DNA from: Marsupella aquatica
Taxonomy: Eukaryota; Plantae; Marchantiophyta
Assembly: GCA_973895155.1 (NCBI GenBank)
Contig: OZ316894.1
Span: forward strand, 2,992,457 to 3,056,456
Direction: 5' to 3'
Length of the DNA stretch: 64,000 nt
Shown here: piece after piece, positions 1 through 11,055 of the stretch
Position numbering within the stretch: the first letter of the stretch is position 1
How the letters are laid out: every line of letters begins with the position of its first letter
Made by a program: the position numbers and the translations under genes
The notes under the pieces: generated by a model
Seen by the model: only the letters and a program-made list of their open reading frames with translations
What the model was told of the DNA's origin: nothing
Database searches by the model: none

Positions 1-1819
1 CCTTTAGTTTGGGAACGACGGTGGATGGGTACATCATTCCCCCATCATTTCCTGTTGGTTCTCTCTAAGTACCCATTTCTCCAATTCGAAATCTTCCGTC
101 CCTGTACCCGTCTTTCAAGGAATTCTGGAATACGGTCAGCTCCATTTACGTTCATTATTTTACTGAAGCTGGTGCCCAGATGGACGGCAATAGGAGCGGT
201 GAAGTCATTTCTAGCTGTCATTAGTTAGATTTAGGGATTGGCGATAATGACGGTGCGTCATTCATCTTAGTAATGAAGGGTTACTCGTACAGTAAGATTA
301 CTGTTCACTTGTTCAGTGCGGTCGGATGGTCGCTCATCATCTCGTCATGGTATCATGAATGCGGTGGGACAAAGTCCACAAAATTCCACAGCCCACAGCT
401 ATAGCGAGAATTGAACTTCTCAAGTCATCTCTCTGAGCTTGGGAGTTGGAGATTTGACCGTCGAATTGAGTCTTCCCACCATCAATGAGAACACTGCGTG
501 TCCAAATGTCCAATGCTCGAAATCGGTCCACTCCTTTTCATTCTGGATTCTGCTGAAAATTTTCAGGCTGACCTGGACAGACAGTTTCTGAGCTTATAGT
601 ACTGTGGCTATTTGCAAGGTCCTGCCAAGCGTAGCCTGTGACACACGAATTCAACGTGACAGTGGTGTGAACGTGAACACAGGCAGTCTTATTATATCTC
701 ATACCTTCTCAGTCGATCCTCATTTTCCTTGCTTGGCTTTGGAAACTCAGGCCCTCAATATAAAGTCCTTTATGCTCACAAACCGAAGAACCGAAGGTCA
801 TCCAAGTGAGCCAACGAGTCGTCCTCAACCAGCCCGTTATCGACTTGTAGCATTTAATAATCAAATACTGTGGCTACTATAAGTCATATTTCCTTGAATA
901 GTCTACTGCTAGAATTTTTCAGTCTGCATGACTCATTAACAATATTTGAAACAGCTACGTACACTTGAGTCAATCCAAAAATAGAATGTGACCATCCATG
1001 CTGCTGTGATGAGGTTTATATGTGGAGATTCTTTAGTGCACAGCAAGCATTGCATCAATCAACACAACGAATGGCATGGAAGAATGAAAATAATCTTTAG
1101 ATGGTGATGCATTCTCTCGAACTTTTACACTTCGGTTCTAAACAAGCTACATCTAGAAGTCCAACACTTTTTTACAAGCATTCCACATACTTGTGGAGCA
1201 CCAATATGCCTTTTTAGATGCATGGTTCGGTCTGGAATGGAACCACACACATCGAAATTAACAAACCAGTGTAGGAATTGTCAAATGATAATCGAGTGGT
1301 GCAGACAGTCTGGATGCCACTGTGGACAATGTACAATGGCTTTTATAGTGTCTATCTTTGTTTATTTCGAACTGCTGGATTTCACATATCATGTGGAGGA
1401 TGATCATGCGTGAAGACGTCTCAATCACCCATCGGATTCTTACAGAGTGCCGTAGCAGAATTTCTCTTGAAAAACTCGCATGTGACGCTGTGTCGAGATT
1501 GCAGATTAAAAATGCATGAAAGGGCACCCTTGCGTCGCTCCACGTTCCAAAAGGAACTGTACCGTTGAAATGGACCTTCCCGCTTCCTCCTGCCGCCAGA
1601 CCTTTGACTAAGTTAGTAAATAAACTGTTCACTTAACCGAAGTGCAAACACGGCATCCCACGAAATGACATAGTCCAGTGGATCGTAGGTCTGTTGAAGT
1701 CCTCTTCAACACCATCGTGGCCTGCTGAGTCAGTTTGGAGTACTCCTGACCAAATTTGTCCGCCAACAAGCTACTGTACTGTGTCTTGAATATGGCGTCC
1801 CCTGAATCAACCAACTTGC

Positions 1820-3740
1820 TGACTGTCAATGAGATCAGATAACACTGTTTCTTCAATCCAACCACAGTCTGCCGAGATGCCTTAACCCGTACCGAGTCAA
1901 CCTGGCACTGAATCCATCGACTCTCAGAAATCAGAAATTCAGGATGTCGATACTCATGCCTGTACTCGAAACTACAGTACATACCATACTTCTCATAGAG
2001 TATTAGAATTAGAAACTAGATTAAACGCAAGGGAAGGATCTCTCAACTCTGACAATGGTGAGCCCCATCCAAATAATGGCCAAAAAAGTATTGCCTCCCC
2101 CGCCTTGCGACAATTTCTACCTCCAGCCACATTTATTTGCATCGCTAAGCAGGCGCACGTGGTGATGAGATAATTTCTAGTAAGATCACCGTACCGTCAT
2201 TGTACTGCACGAGACCTGTGGACTGCTAGGTTATGCATGCTACGGATCCAATATCCTTCTTCCAGTCTTAGTGATGATAGTGTTTCGCTCTTTAGTAAAG
2301 TACCTTCAGTGATATGTAGCTGTTCATCACGGAAGATGTTTCAGTTTATCTCTTGACACTGTTATAATCTAAACAGAATTATAGTATTATTGTGACATAT
2401 ATATTAAACGAACCATTTCTTGAAAGTGCTATGATTATAGTGTACTTGATGTGTGTTGCCAGGAACACCGGAAAGTGTAGTATTTGGGAGAGGATGATGG
2501 GAGACGTTTTTCACGGTTGCAATTGTCCATCCAGCTATGGTGTCTATCAACCCTACATGAAAGGAAGTGAGCCGAAGGAAACACTAATTTGGAGTGTGTT
2601 TTTTCTAGAATTTTTGGATCCACCTGGAAACGTCATTCAAACAAATGATCTTTACAATTCCAACCTTGGCTCTTTCATTCCCATTTATTCAGTTTCATAT
2701 ACAGTCTATGTAGAGAAGACCAAATGGCCATCCAATTGCTGTGATACAAAATTACAGCTGCCCCTGACTCCTTGCAAAGACAGATACCGTTGTCTGCTTG
2801 CTCTTAGTCACATGATTACTGTTTAACTCAAACCTTGTGTCGGCTCAGACCTATAAACGACAAGGCGGTATGGTGGCTGGGACTGCAAGTGTCTCCTTGC
2901 TCCTTTCTTAAAATAAATTAAAAAGACACAACACTCAGAAACCAGAATGTCTATGCAGAGGAGCTGTACTACAGTACTTATAACCAGACATTTTAAAAGC
3001 CAGATTGAACGAAAGGAAAGGATCTCAGTCATCTCCCCTCTGACAATGTCACAATGGTGTCATGGTGGTGAGCCAAAGATAATGCCGAAATGGGTATCAC
3101 CTCCCCTTGCTAGCGACAATTTCCATCCCAAGCAGTCCATTAATTTGACTGTCAATCAGATCAGGTAACAGTCTGTTTCTTCAACCCAACCACAATTCTC
3201 AGACTGATGCCTCGAAGGTGAACCGAGTCAAACCTGGCACTGATCAGTCGACTCTAGTAGGTGCTCACTTCTCAGCAATCAGATTATCAGAATGTCAATA
3301 CAGAGGGGCTGAACTATGGTACTTAGTGCTTACCGTACTTGTACTCAAATGTACTTCAGTATGAGAACTACTGTAGATTTGAGCCAAATGGATTACAGTA
3401 GCATACTACGCTTGTACATGAGTATGAGAACGAGCTACTATAGATTAAACCGAAAGAGTAGGATCTCACCTCTGACAATGGTTAGCCGAAAATAATGCCG
3501 AGATAGGTATCGCCTCCCCCGCCTCGAGACATTTCTACTTCTAACTGCAAAAATTTCGAATCCCTAAGCAGGTGCACGTGGTGATGAAATTTGGGATGTC
3601 ACTGTCTTCTCCTGCAATAATATACCGTTGTTGTGCTGCACGAGACCTGTGTTCTGATAAGCTACGCATCCCACCGCTACAGTAAGCGTCTTTCGTCTGA
3701 CTGATTGTGGTGTTTTTGCTATGTTTCAGTAAAGTGCCGT
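1820..3740. repeat. Diverged local duplication: ~1820-2305 vs ~3145-3740, plus a partial third copy ~2935-3125
   Basis: Colinear shared blocks gactgtcaat.agatcag, accgagtcaa(a)cctggcactga, ggatctc..ctctgacaatg, cctccccc.gcct, ctaagcagg.gcacgtggtgatga, tgcacgagacctgtg. Confidence 0.75.
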
Positions 3741-4295
3741 CGGCGAATAAGGACCAAGGGTGAAATACAACTCCGGAAATGGGCGGTGATCAAGCAGCTG
3801 GCGGCCTGACTGTGTTGGCCTATTGGGAGTGGTATCACACTGTCGTAAGGGCAATGGCGGAAAATCGAGCAGACGATACGGGCGCAACCAAGGAAACGGG
3901 CCGGCTGGTCTGTATCCTGATTTCGATACGAAGCTCACTTTCTGGTTACACACATCGATTGACTTCATTACAAACCGCCACACTTGTCTGAATTGTCTGT
4001 TGCATGATCTCAGGAAGCCCAGTACGACTTCTTCGAGCACGAGCTCTTTCCCTAAGGAGTACTTTACAAGAAGTGGGGGCACTTGGGAGATTTTTTCACC
4101 AAAGCAAACTGGAGGAGCATTGCACACACTAAATATAGTGTCCCGAGGCTAAAAGCATTTTGAGAATACTTTTATTGCCCCCAAGGTCTTGCAAAGCCAA
4201 GTGCAGCCAATGGTGCCAAATTAATTTACTATAAGACAGATTTAGGACACACTCCACATGAATGTCACCTAATATTTGGCTAAAGTCTTTCTAGA

Positions 4296-4625
4296 TGTGA
4301 GAAGAGAAGATCTTATGAAGGACTTGTGATCATCTAACGCACAAGTAGTCAACACAAAGAGATGTGGTTCACCTTAGCTGAGACTACGTCCACTAGAACA
4401 TGCGAAAGCTTTACTGCACTCTAGGCCATTGACCATATCAAGTCTCTGCAATACAATATCTCCCTATCCCTTGACTAGTTTCATAACAATGACCATGAGT
4501 TCCCACTATCCAAGCAAACACCATTTGGGATACAATGTGCAACCTAGTTAACCTAACCAAGTCCGCAACTAAGGTCATCCCTAACTACGATTATACTTGT
4601 AACCCTAGACCTAAGAGTAAATGCA
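4296..4625. mobile_element. Degenerate LTR of the same family as 10711-11055
   Basis: Shared colinear blocks gagactacgtccac, gctttactgcactctagg, gttcccact, aacctaaccaagt, ctagacctaagagtaaat. No TSD recognisable. Left edge approximate. Confidence 0.7.
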
Positions 4626-4637
4626 TATAACTCCTTC

Positions 4638-5180
4638 CACACACAACCAGTGTGGAGCGTATATGTGTGTGGGTCCCGGTGTGCGTGGGGTGTAGTGGTA
4701 GGAGTACTGGTTACTCTTTGACTCTTGGCCTGTCCACTTTGAGGCCTTGGTTTAACCCTCTCTCCCTCAAGGTCTGGATCCCTAGTGGTCTTTGGGCATC
4801 GTCCCTTTGTTGCCACCTTACAATATTACAAGCTTTGGAGTAGATCACTCTATCTTTTGTTTGATAAATTTGCATTTAGTTTCAATGCAAAAACAAATTG
4901 ACTATAAGTAGACATGTACATTAGTTCTTGGTGTCTTTTTTCACATTTCTGGAAAGGCATCCGGATTGTTGGGACTTGAGCAACCTAATTTCAGTTGGCC
5001 AGGAGACTAGCCTAGAACAAAGTCTCAGTTCAAACCCCCCACACAAGAGGTGTGGAGGTTGTGTGTTTATGGATGGGGTGTAGTGGTGGGAGTTCCAGCT
5101 TCTATTTGACCCTTAGCTTCTATTTGACCCTTGGCTGTCTGTTTTGGGGCTTAGTGTAACCCTCAGTCCCTCTTGGTTTG
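4638..5180. repeat. Diverged ~140-bp direct repeat (4638-4780 and 5040-5180)
   Basis: Both copies contain cacacaa..gtgtggag..tggggtgtagtggt.ggagt..tttgac.cttggc..aaccctc..tccctc. Confidence 0.6.
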
Positions 5181-5226
5181 CTATTAGGATGCCTCAAAGG
5201 GGGGGGGAGGGGGGGTTTCCGGAAGT

Positions 5227-6238
5227 GATAATCGGAAGCTCACAACCGATCACATGGCTAAGATCATGGACTGGCTGGAAGAGCCAAACAACTTTGCCAT
5301 GTTGAATGGATCCAGTAGTAGGCTGCCTCTTGGGACCTACATCCTTTGAAGAAGACTTTATTCTGACTCATGCTTATTAGTCTGCATGCAAGAGGCTCCC
5401 CTAAAGTTTTGAGCACATGAGAGAACTTTCAATCATGGTAAAAGGTTCAGTCGTTATGTCGATCAAGAAGACTAAGGAGGCCTTGGCTATGAAAAGTGAT
5501 TATGAGGCTGGTTTAACAATGGTAGAGCTCCGGGCTTATATCACGCCTAAGGACAAGCTCAATAAAATCTGCCCTCACTTTGAAAGGATGCATGCCCGGC
5601 CCTTTATGGAGAGACGGCAAGTGTTGCCCCTCCTGCCACAACATCTGCTGGATTGCCAGGCCACTGTGAGGTATATGTGGATCCTTGATTTGATAATGAA
5701 GACCCAAATGACTACTAACGAAGTAGCGCAAGACCAGGAATCACTGGTTATATGTATAAGCCAATGCACTCACTGCATAGGTTTTTCCACTGCCTTAGTT
5801 GAAATCTTTATGTTTTCCTGCATAACCACATATTTTCAACACCTAAATTCTTTGATGATGTGCGCGCAGAAGTTTTGTGAGGATGCTGGGGAGTCTGAAT
5901 TTGAGTTTCAGCCAAGCTTTACCAATGAGATTTCTCATCCTGCCATGGAGTTAATGGTCCCCAAATTTTCTTCATGGCGAGAGGCAGCACCGGTTCCTTC
6001 TGCAGAACCTACATTCTGCCATAACGATGATGGCCAGGCTTCAACAGCCCCTACAACTCCGCCTGCTAATCCAATTGTGGATAGGGGCAATTTTTGGAAG
6101 AAAAATAAGAGAAGGCCTGTCCCTTCCCAGGCAACGCTTGACCCAATATATCCACAAACTCCTAACTCTGCACGGACAAGTGCTCCATTAGACAAGGAAA
6201 TTGGGGAGGTAATTGTAGACTTGCATAAGGTATCCTAG
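5227..6238 (+). pseudogene. Second, more decayed Harbinger ORF1 homolog
   Basis: RKLTTDHMAKIMDWLEEPNNFAMLNG and KEALAMKSDYEAGLTMVELRAYITPKDKLNKICPHFERMHA align by eye with ORF1 at 21560-21960. Confidence 0.75.
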
Positions 6239-6249
6239 AGACCAACAAA

Positions 6250-6900
6250 TTTCCAATTGCAAGATGACAATGTGGAAATTGTGACAGTTAGATCCATTGT
6301 GAATGTGCTTCACACGGGGCTTCACACACTCACCACTGTTGTAAACAGTATTTTGGCCAAAGTATTAATTCAAATTCAGTATGAGATTTTCAGTACAAAA
6401 TCACTCATGTGCCTAATATCTCTGTTCACTTGTTCTAAATTACTTTGTGTTTTGGTTACAAAAACTCTCTCCCTATTGCCCATGCAACCATAAGAGTTGC
6501 AAATTGATTTATCTGCAAAATGTTAGAGGTTCTTCTCACGAAAGAGGTTGTGTTACTCTACACACATAGACCAAGCTCAAACATAAATCATGAATCACAA
6601 ATCATCCTGTCCTGAAAGATGACACCGTAAAGCCCATCACACAACACAACATTTTCCCTCTACTAGATGATGAAAAGGAAGCACTTGAGTTAGGTTACAC
6701 ATGTTCTTGAAGAAAGTTTGGGTTGTTCTTGAAGCAAATGTGCTTGTTAGGAGAACGTCCAAACTTGGTTTGCTTAGGGCATGTTTCTTGTTGTCGCTTT
6801 CAGTTATTCTTAATTGAATCGTTGTTGAGATAAAGTTTTCAGACAGTGCTTGTCGTTTATGTACACGGAATTTTGACAGTGATTTGTTCGATGCTCCCGA
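6250..6900 (-). pseudogene. Possible internally deleted, convergent DDE_Tnp_4-type transposase remnant
   Basis: Stop-riddled translation FFKNMCNLT..FHHLVE..RCHLSGQDDL*FMIYV resembles the HTH N-terminus of IS5/Harbinger transposases. Same convergent layout as the intact element. Confidence 0.3.
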
Positions 6901-8983
6901 GAAATCTTGGCATCCCATGGATTTTCATTTCTATTTTAGTACTTTGTTTCTATTACGCCTTTTATTATACAGAGGTTTACATCTCCACTACATACATACC
7001 ACCGCATTTGTTTTTTCTTGGTTACCAGTAAATGCGATGTGACTTTTGTTTTTTGCATGTTGTTTGCTAGCAGCTTACACATGCATTGTTGGTGATTTAT
7101 ATGTTTTCAATACACTATGTCTACAATACTATATGTCACGACACCCTGATTCTGCATCAACTGAAGAACAAGTGCTCAGTGTTTTCAATATTCACTTTGC
7201 AAGGAGAACACTTCCCGTCCGAAATACTATTCATACTTTAGTTCACCTAGGCAAGGTTGAGTCAAAACCCTAACACTCTCTTCCACCTAACAATGTTCAA
7301 ATTCTCGTTTGGAGCAATCAGCCGCCACCCCGGTCTAGTACCCTAACTTTGGTAAGTTTGGGTGCCTGATTCTGACCCACATCATTCTGCGGCCTGCGGT
7401 TAGGGGAAAAATGCCCCGGGAAAAAATGTGTGGTCGCCAACTTGGGCAACCGCACATAAGTGGGCCGCATCCCACTCCACGCACTCTCTAACTCGGGTTT
7501 TGATAACCTTGAGACTCTCTATTGGATCCCTGGATATGACCCCTTGTGATTAGCCTACAGAGGCAATCTCCAGAATTGGTCTTCCATCCACTGTTGAATG
7601 AACTTTGGGTTTCAAAGCAAACAAATAATTGTTGGGACCTTGCTGGATGAATCGCCAACGATGACCTTCAATACTTTCAATACTTCTTCACTCAGGAGGA
7701 CCAGGATGAGCCCCCTCGTGATATTATTTACATTGTTCGGGAGTGCTGGCAGTATTGTGGATAGAGTGTCTCAAGACAGTCTTCTTTCAGACTAAATTCT
7801 AGTTTTTCTGGGGTTCTTACTTAGTTCACAATTCGAGGTGCCAGACAGTACTGATTGGGGATGGCACTACTGTCAGTAACAGTGACGCGATTTCAGATTT
7901 TTCTCGAATCTAGTTCCATCTCAACTTTGCAAACCTTGAAGTGCACGAGCTCCCGCTCGGACTTCCAAAACCATCAACACTCATAACATGAGATTAAAAA
8001 TTCATCAAAAGTTGCGATGGGCTGTCCAATACTATTTTGCACAACGAAAAGTTGGGATGCATGTCCTAAGCCAGGGACTTGCTGGGAGTCTAAACCGTAG
8101 AGCATGTGTTGGATGCACCCAACCTTCACCTAATAAGACGATCTTATGGAGAAGGAGAGCTCGCAGGGACGAGGACAAATAAAAGCCACAAAAAAATGAA
8201 GTTCATGATCTGAGCACATGCCGTTTTCGGCAAGATGATTGTGCTCTCATTGACGATGCGTGGATTGGCGGGCCTAACCTTCGCACTAGAAGTTCGAGCC
8301 GGAGGAACAATATTCATTTGAGCAATTTGAATTTCATTGGATCCATTTTCCGTAGTCACCGTCTGAATACGTACAAAGGTCAACTATAGTATTCAAGAAT
8401 GCAAAGACTGTACAAATACACGTAAAGATGAAGTTCCAGACTTCTTATGAATACTCAATTGAATTGTTTGCGACGCTGAAACAATAAAAAACCGATGTAC
8501 AGTCTTTGAACATGAACAACCTTGGGAAGAACGATTTCAGGCCCTCTCAATCTATAAAATAAGCGAGTACAGTTCTGACGACAGGCCTAGGCAGGATTTT
8601 GTTGATGACCGTGTGAAGGCTACGACCCATCCTTTGGAACAGTGGACGACAGTGGCAGGCGGGTCAAAGGCCGTGGTTAAATGAGCGAATTGCAAGTTGA
8701 CGCAATCTCATTGCATTCTGATTGGATGACTGTGAAAAGGAAGAATATTGGTCTCAAATGAATACAAGCATGTGGGGCAGACCTGTGACACAGGCTTGAA
8801 ATTATTATGGCCGTTCTACGGCAATGAATGGCAAATTGGCACCATCACATTTCTGGAGAGAACGAAATGTAGTCGTCCTTTGCAAGAATTTTTCTCGAAC
8901 TTCATAGAATTGCATCACCGGACTTCCTTTTGGTATGAATGAAGCAAATACCTGGCTATCAATTAATGAGCAGTCAGACCGAG

Positions 8984-9454
8984 CTAGTGGAAAAGCCCAT
9001 GGTGATGTTTCTTCTCGTGTTTATGATGACCGTGCTCAGGATAGTAACCCGCCCCCTGGACCTGGTGATGATCGTGCCGCACCTGGTGATGCTCGTACAA
9101 CACAAAGCCTCCTGCGCCGACCGCAACGGCTTCGGCCATATGCTCTTCCCGCCGATGCCTCGCAGCGTGTGCAGGGTCGACCCTCACTCGGTGATGCTCG
9201 TACGCTGCCAAGGCACCAGCTCCCAAAGCAACTGCCTCTGCCAAGTGTTCGTGTCTCTTGTGCTTCTGCTCTGTGGCGTGAAGATAGTTCACTGCTTGTG
9301 GGTAAGACAGAACGGCACCATAAGCATTCGGCTGTGCAGATCCATAGCCCCCGTAGCCCAATTGCTGTTGATGTCCGTGTGCTACTTCATGGTGGTGACC
9401 GTGGTGGTGATGACTGTGATGCTTCTCCTCGTGGTGATGGCCGTGGTGACCCAT
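8984..9454 (-). CDS. His-rich ABA/WDS-domain (ASR-like, abscisic acid/stress/ripening) protein, 156 aa, single coding exon
   Basis: Core KHKRHEHLAEAVALGAGALAAYEHH..DPAHAARHRREEHMAEAVAVGAGGFVLYEHH matches the ABA/WDS family signature. His-rich termini, ending HHHGLFH. Confidence 0.9.
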   Translation of the reverse strand: MGHHGHHHEEKHHSHHHHGHHHEVAHGHQQQLGYGGYGSAQPNAYGAVLSYPQAVNYLHATEQKHKRHEHLAEAVALGAGALAAYEHHRVRVDPAHAARHRREEHMAEAVAVGAGGFVLYEHHQVRHDHHQVQGAGYYPEHGHHKHEKKHHHGLFH

Positions 9455-9734
9455 CTTGATTTGGCGATCTACCTTAATTAGAATGGTCTAAACTCAACTC
9501 AGTACGAGTTCTCTCCTCCAAGTTTTGGCTGTCGAGCAACGAGATATAGAGAAAATAATTATGACAGTGTCCAAAAGCTCCTAATTCAGAGATCCGAATC
9601 ACGGATAACTACTGTAGCTTTGGCTCTCAATACCTCCTTCTCTCAGCAATCAGTAAGTTAATCTTGTGAAACAATTGATATGAAACTCGGTATGCGTTCG
9701 CCATTACTTATACCCATCTGTTTCAGCGTAGCCC

Positions 9735-10310
9735 TTTATTTGGACGTGAAGTCTCATCTGACTTGCGGAGTTTGGATCAGAATCGAAACACCGAGCCACC
9801 GACACAGTTCACTGAGGAAGCAGCGCTGCACAGCCCCACTCCTGTGATACGCGCGATCCATCATCACTCGGTTCCAGTTTCCGTCGTTGTCAATCTCTTT
9901 GTTCCATCCTTGAGATCCGGACACGGGATCCTGGCTTCGTATCGAAGTTCCACTGCTCAGCTCCTCCGCTCAGAAGATCGACCGACCCCAAACGACAAAA
10001 CGAAAACAAAAACATAGAAAACTGGATAGACCATTTCATGACGCGGTATCGTACGTCACTTCTGGGGGAAGGAATCGAGAGCAGACTCGATCTTTCCACC
10101 AAAAAGGTACGACGATCTATGAGCTCGTGAAGTTCGGAGGAGGAGGAGGAGGGGGAGGAGGATAATGATGACGTGATTCAGCGAGTTCCGGAAGAATCTT
10201 GCACGATGTGTGAAAAGCGAGCCCCCCGACGGCCCAACTCCCCCTTTCCCCATGATTTTCTTTTGTCTTTGGAACGCTGATCGTTACGGCTGCCTGCCTC
10301 GACGTGATGT
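9735..10310 (-). promoter_or_regulatory. Putative ASR upstream region with several ACGT-core (ABRE/C-box-like) motifs
   Basis: ggacgtg near 9741, cgtacgtca near 10050, gacgtg near 10170 and 10301, all upstream of an ABA/WDS gene. Motif matches only. Confidence 0.3.
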
Positions 10311-10359
10311 TCTAACGGAACCGCATTACTATTTCGGCCCAAAATCCGCTTGAAACAAA

Positions 10360-10560
10360 ACAGCAAGAATCTAAGAGTAAAAAGGACCGATTTACCAAAA
10401 AGGAAAAAAAGGAGCAAGAATCTAAGAAACAAAAGGACAAATTTACTGAAAAGGCCCAAACAAAGTACAATCTAAGGGGAAAAGGACCGATTTACTAAAA
10501 AGTGCCAGAAAAAGTACCAATCTGAATGGGAAAAGGACCGATTTACTAGTAGGGCCAAAT
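10360..10560. repeat. Degenerate ~50-bp tandem repeat, 4 copies
   Basis: aaaggaccgatttac-like core at ~10381, 10432, 10481 and 10532. Confidence 0.65.
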
Positions 10561-10710
10561 AATGGAAGAAATACTGTAGTTCTTTACTCTCCTATCTTGC
10601 ACACTGGGTGAAATTTCCAATATTCCTCCTAAAGATTGACTCCTAAATATTTGTAAATTGTTACCCAAACCAATCTAATTATCAGGTTGCCTTTCATTTC
10701 GTATTCATGG

Positions 10711-11055
10711 TGTTGAGCATAGATTACAATCGCAATAACAAGCCCATCAACCATCCAACTTACAAGAGTCGACACAGAGAGATACGTGATTCACCTTCAC
10801 ATGAGACTACGTCCACAGAAACACACATGAGCTTTACTGCACTCTAGGTCGACCAGTCATACCAAGCATCCACAGCACAAACTCTCTCTATCTCTCAACT
10901 AACTCCGTAACAATGAGCCTAAGTTCCCACTCTCCAAACAAACACCGATTGGTTATAGAGTGTGCACAGCATGACTAACCTAACCAAGTTTGTAACTAAG
11001 GTTAGCCTTAACTACGATACAGTTATAACTCTAGACCTAAGAGTAAATCCTAACA
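10711..11055. mobile_element. Solo LTR (345 bp) with 5-bp TSD CATGG
   Basis: Begins TGTT and ends AACA. CATGG at 10706-10710 and 11056-11060. A diverged second copy lies at ~4300-4625. Confidence 0.85.

Noticed and set aside
3726-4152. Overlapping 70-133 aa ORFs in a GC-richer patch
   Set aside because: No recognisable motif or splice context. At most an unidentifiable pseudogene fragment.
8935-9481. 174-aa and 180-aa plus-strand ORFs
   Set aside because: Antisense shadows of the GC-rich, His-codon-rich ASR CDS.
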